Source: the human T2T-CHM13v2.0 reference genome, Homo sapiens. Taken from it: a stretch of 64,000 nt of DNA. This document shows, piece after piece, positions 61,908 through 64,000 of the stretch. The stretch lies in NCBI RefSeq assembly GCF_009914755.1, contig NC_060931.1; one strand, 5' to 3'. Position 1 is the stretch's first letter; every line of letters begins with the position of its first letter. The translations under genes were made by a program, and so were the position numbers. The notes under the pieces were generated by a model that did not search any database, was not told the DNA's origin, and was given only the letters and a program-made list of their open reading frames with translations.

Positions 61908-63422
61908 AGGGCTCATCGCCCAGCTTCCGACCGGGGGCTGCAAGGGCCGGGGTCGAATTGAGGTTACAGCCCATTATGGCAAAATTATTGCATTTCCCTC
62001 GCAGTTCCATTAGGATGTACCAATTGTTAGGCCGTCAGCTGCCGATCGCGCGCCCGGCGAGGATGCAGAGGATTGGGGGGAGGTGGTGACTTGCATTTTA
62101 TTTACAATAACTTTATTTCCCCCGTTTTGCAGCCCCTCTTATTTTTGTGTCGAGGTTGGGGTCGGTACTGACCGTCCTGCCAGCAGCTCTGAATTTTGAA
62201 AATACAGATATCACCTTCGGGGAAGGGGGAAAGCCATTTAGCCAATTGGAGAAATAAATCCTGCCCGCAGCAGCAGCAGCTACAATTACGGCTCTGTTTT
62301 TGCGAGCGCATGAGGGACAGTGTCCCTGCCGCTCTTAAATGACAGGCGTCTATTAAAGATAGCTTTTGTGTAGTGTTTCTCCAAGGCGAGGTCAAATTCC
62401 ATACACTTTTATAACCGTAGTCGATTTTTCTTTCGTGTGAATATGGTTTTCGTGTCATTAGTTTGCGATTTGATTTGCTTACGTATCCAGCCTGGAAAAT
62501 CTTCATCACAGGGTCCGGTTCCTCGAGCCAGCCGGGCCCCAAGTCGGAGGGTTCTCCTTGAACCCAGCGAGTGGGCCCAGGCTCCCTGCAGCCACAGAGG
62601 CTGCCTGGGGTCTGGGGATCCGTGGGGCGGGTTACTGGGGTCTTGCTTAGACCTCCAGGAGTAAAATGAGGGCGATAATGGAAGCATTCCTTGGCAGTGC
62701 CTAGTATCTCTGTAGTTATTTTCCACGGCTCCGAAAGACTCAAGTAAATCACAAATATAGCTGAGAGGCAAGTGGAGTCTCCCCGCTGGAGGCCCGGCGT
62801 TGCAGGCGCCCCTGGCACGTCTGGAAGCCAGGACTCTGGCGGCTCCCATGGCCCTGGGCCCCTCGTTGGGTCCTGAACGCTGCTGTGGCGGCGACGCGGG
62901 CGCTATCGGAGGCTGGGAGCGGGAATCCGGAGCCGGGAGCCTACCCCGGGCTGTAATGTTCCACCCGCGCCCAGGTTAACTCGCCTCGGCTGAGGCTGCT
63001 TCTCTTCCACTGACGGTTGCACACGCGGGACCGAGAGACTGGGCTCTGTTGGGGCCCCCTTTGTTCCTCGAGCTTCCTTCCTGTTCTGGGAGGCGGCTTG
63101 GGAGGCCGCGACAAGGCCGGGCTCCAGCTCTTAGACCCCCTCTTTCCACTGGCCAGAGATGATTTGATGATGCCCTTCGGGACTTACTGGCGAGGGACCT
63201 AGGCAGAGACGCCCAGACACGAAACGGGGCTCGGCCCAGGGCTCTTTCCTCCCCAGCAGCCCCGCGTCCCGAGGTCGGGGAGCTCAGAGACACTAGCACA
63301 GGAGCCCCAGACGCATTCAGGGCGCACCCCAGAACTCCGGAGCCGGTTTGGGCATCCTTGTGGAGCGGGACTGGGTGTGTGCAGTGCGCCCCGCTCCACC
63401 GCTGGTATTGGCTGTGTGTGAG

Positions 63423-63462
63423 GTTTTGTTTTGTTTTGTTTTGTTTTGTTTTGTTTTGTTTT
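63423..63462. repeat. (GTTTT)8 pentanucleotide repeat in the HOXA6 3' UTR
   Basis: Direct reading. Confidence 0.95.
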
Positions 63463-63623
63463 GTAAGAAATAAATGCACAGACGCTTGCAAAGCTCCGGG
63501 CTCCCCTGAAGCTGCGGAAGCCCCCAGATGGGAGCAGGCGGGGAGAAAAGTTGGGGAACAGGCGAGGGCAAGGGGGCAAAGCCGAAGGAGGTTGCAGCGC
63601 TGGCCTGGTCCCTGCCCAGGCAT

Positions 63624-63938
<315 letters not shown>

Positions 63939-64000
63939 TCAGCCCAGTGCCTCCCACAAGAGGCACCCAGACTAGAAACCACCCCGCCTCCACTCCAGCC

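Overview
Human (hominid) genomic DNA from the 3'/anterior half of the HOXA cluster (7p15.2). All HOX genes lie on the minus strand. HOXA1, HOXA2, HOXA3, HOXA4 and HOXA5 are complete, each with two coding exons joined by GT-AG phase-1 introns, giving 334, 376, 443, 320 and 270 aa; only the homeobox exon of HOXA6 is present. The plus strand carries the lncRNA HOTAIRM1 and probably HOXA-AS2 and the start of HOXA-AS3. Bases 1-5.4 kb are transposon-dense flank (Alu, MIR, MER30, Tigger, MaLR); beyond that the cluster is almost repeat-free apart from one full-length Alu and a MIR fragment. Classic hindbrain and retinoic-acid regulatory elements can be read directly: four co-oriented DR5 RAREs, Krox20/BoxA, MafB and HOX-PBX/PREP sites, the HB-1 element and a CTCF motif between HOXA5 and HOXA6. 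The haplotype differs from the canonical proteins as I recall them (HOXA1 with 9 His; HOXA4 Pro70/Pro140). This is a heavily studied locus and I see no unknown protein system. The most intriguing patterns are non-coding: (i) an E-box / 10-11 bp / CCAAT module in the same orientation in front of HOXA1-A4, degenerate at HOXA5 and at a distal HOXA3 exon; (ii) upstream ORFs next to or across the start codons of HOXA1-A4, including a UAAUG stop/start overlap at HOXA4. Gene and lncRNA names rest on my recognition of the sequences, not on a database search.
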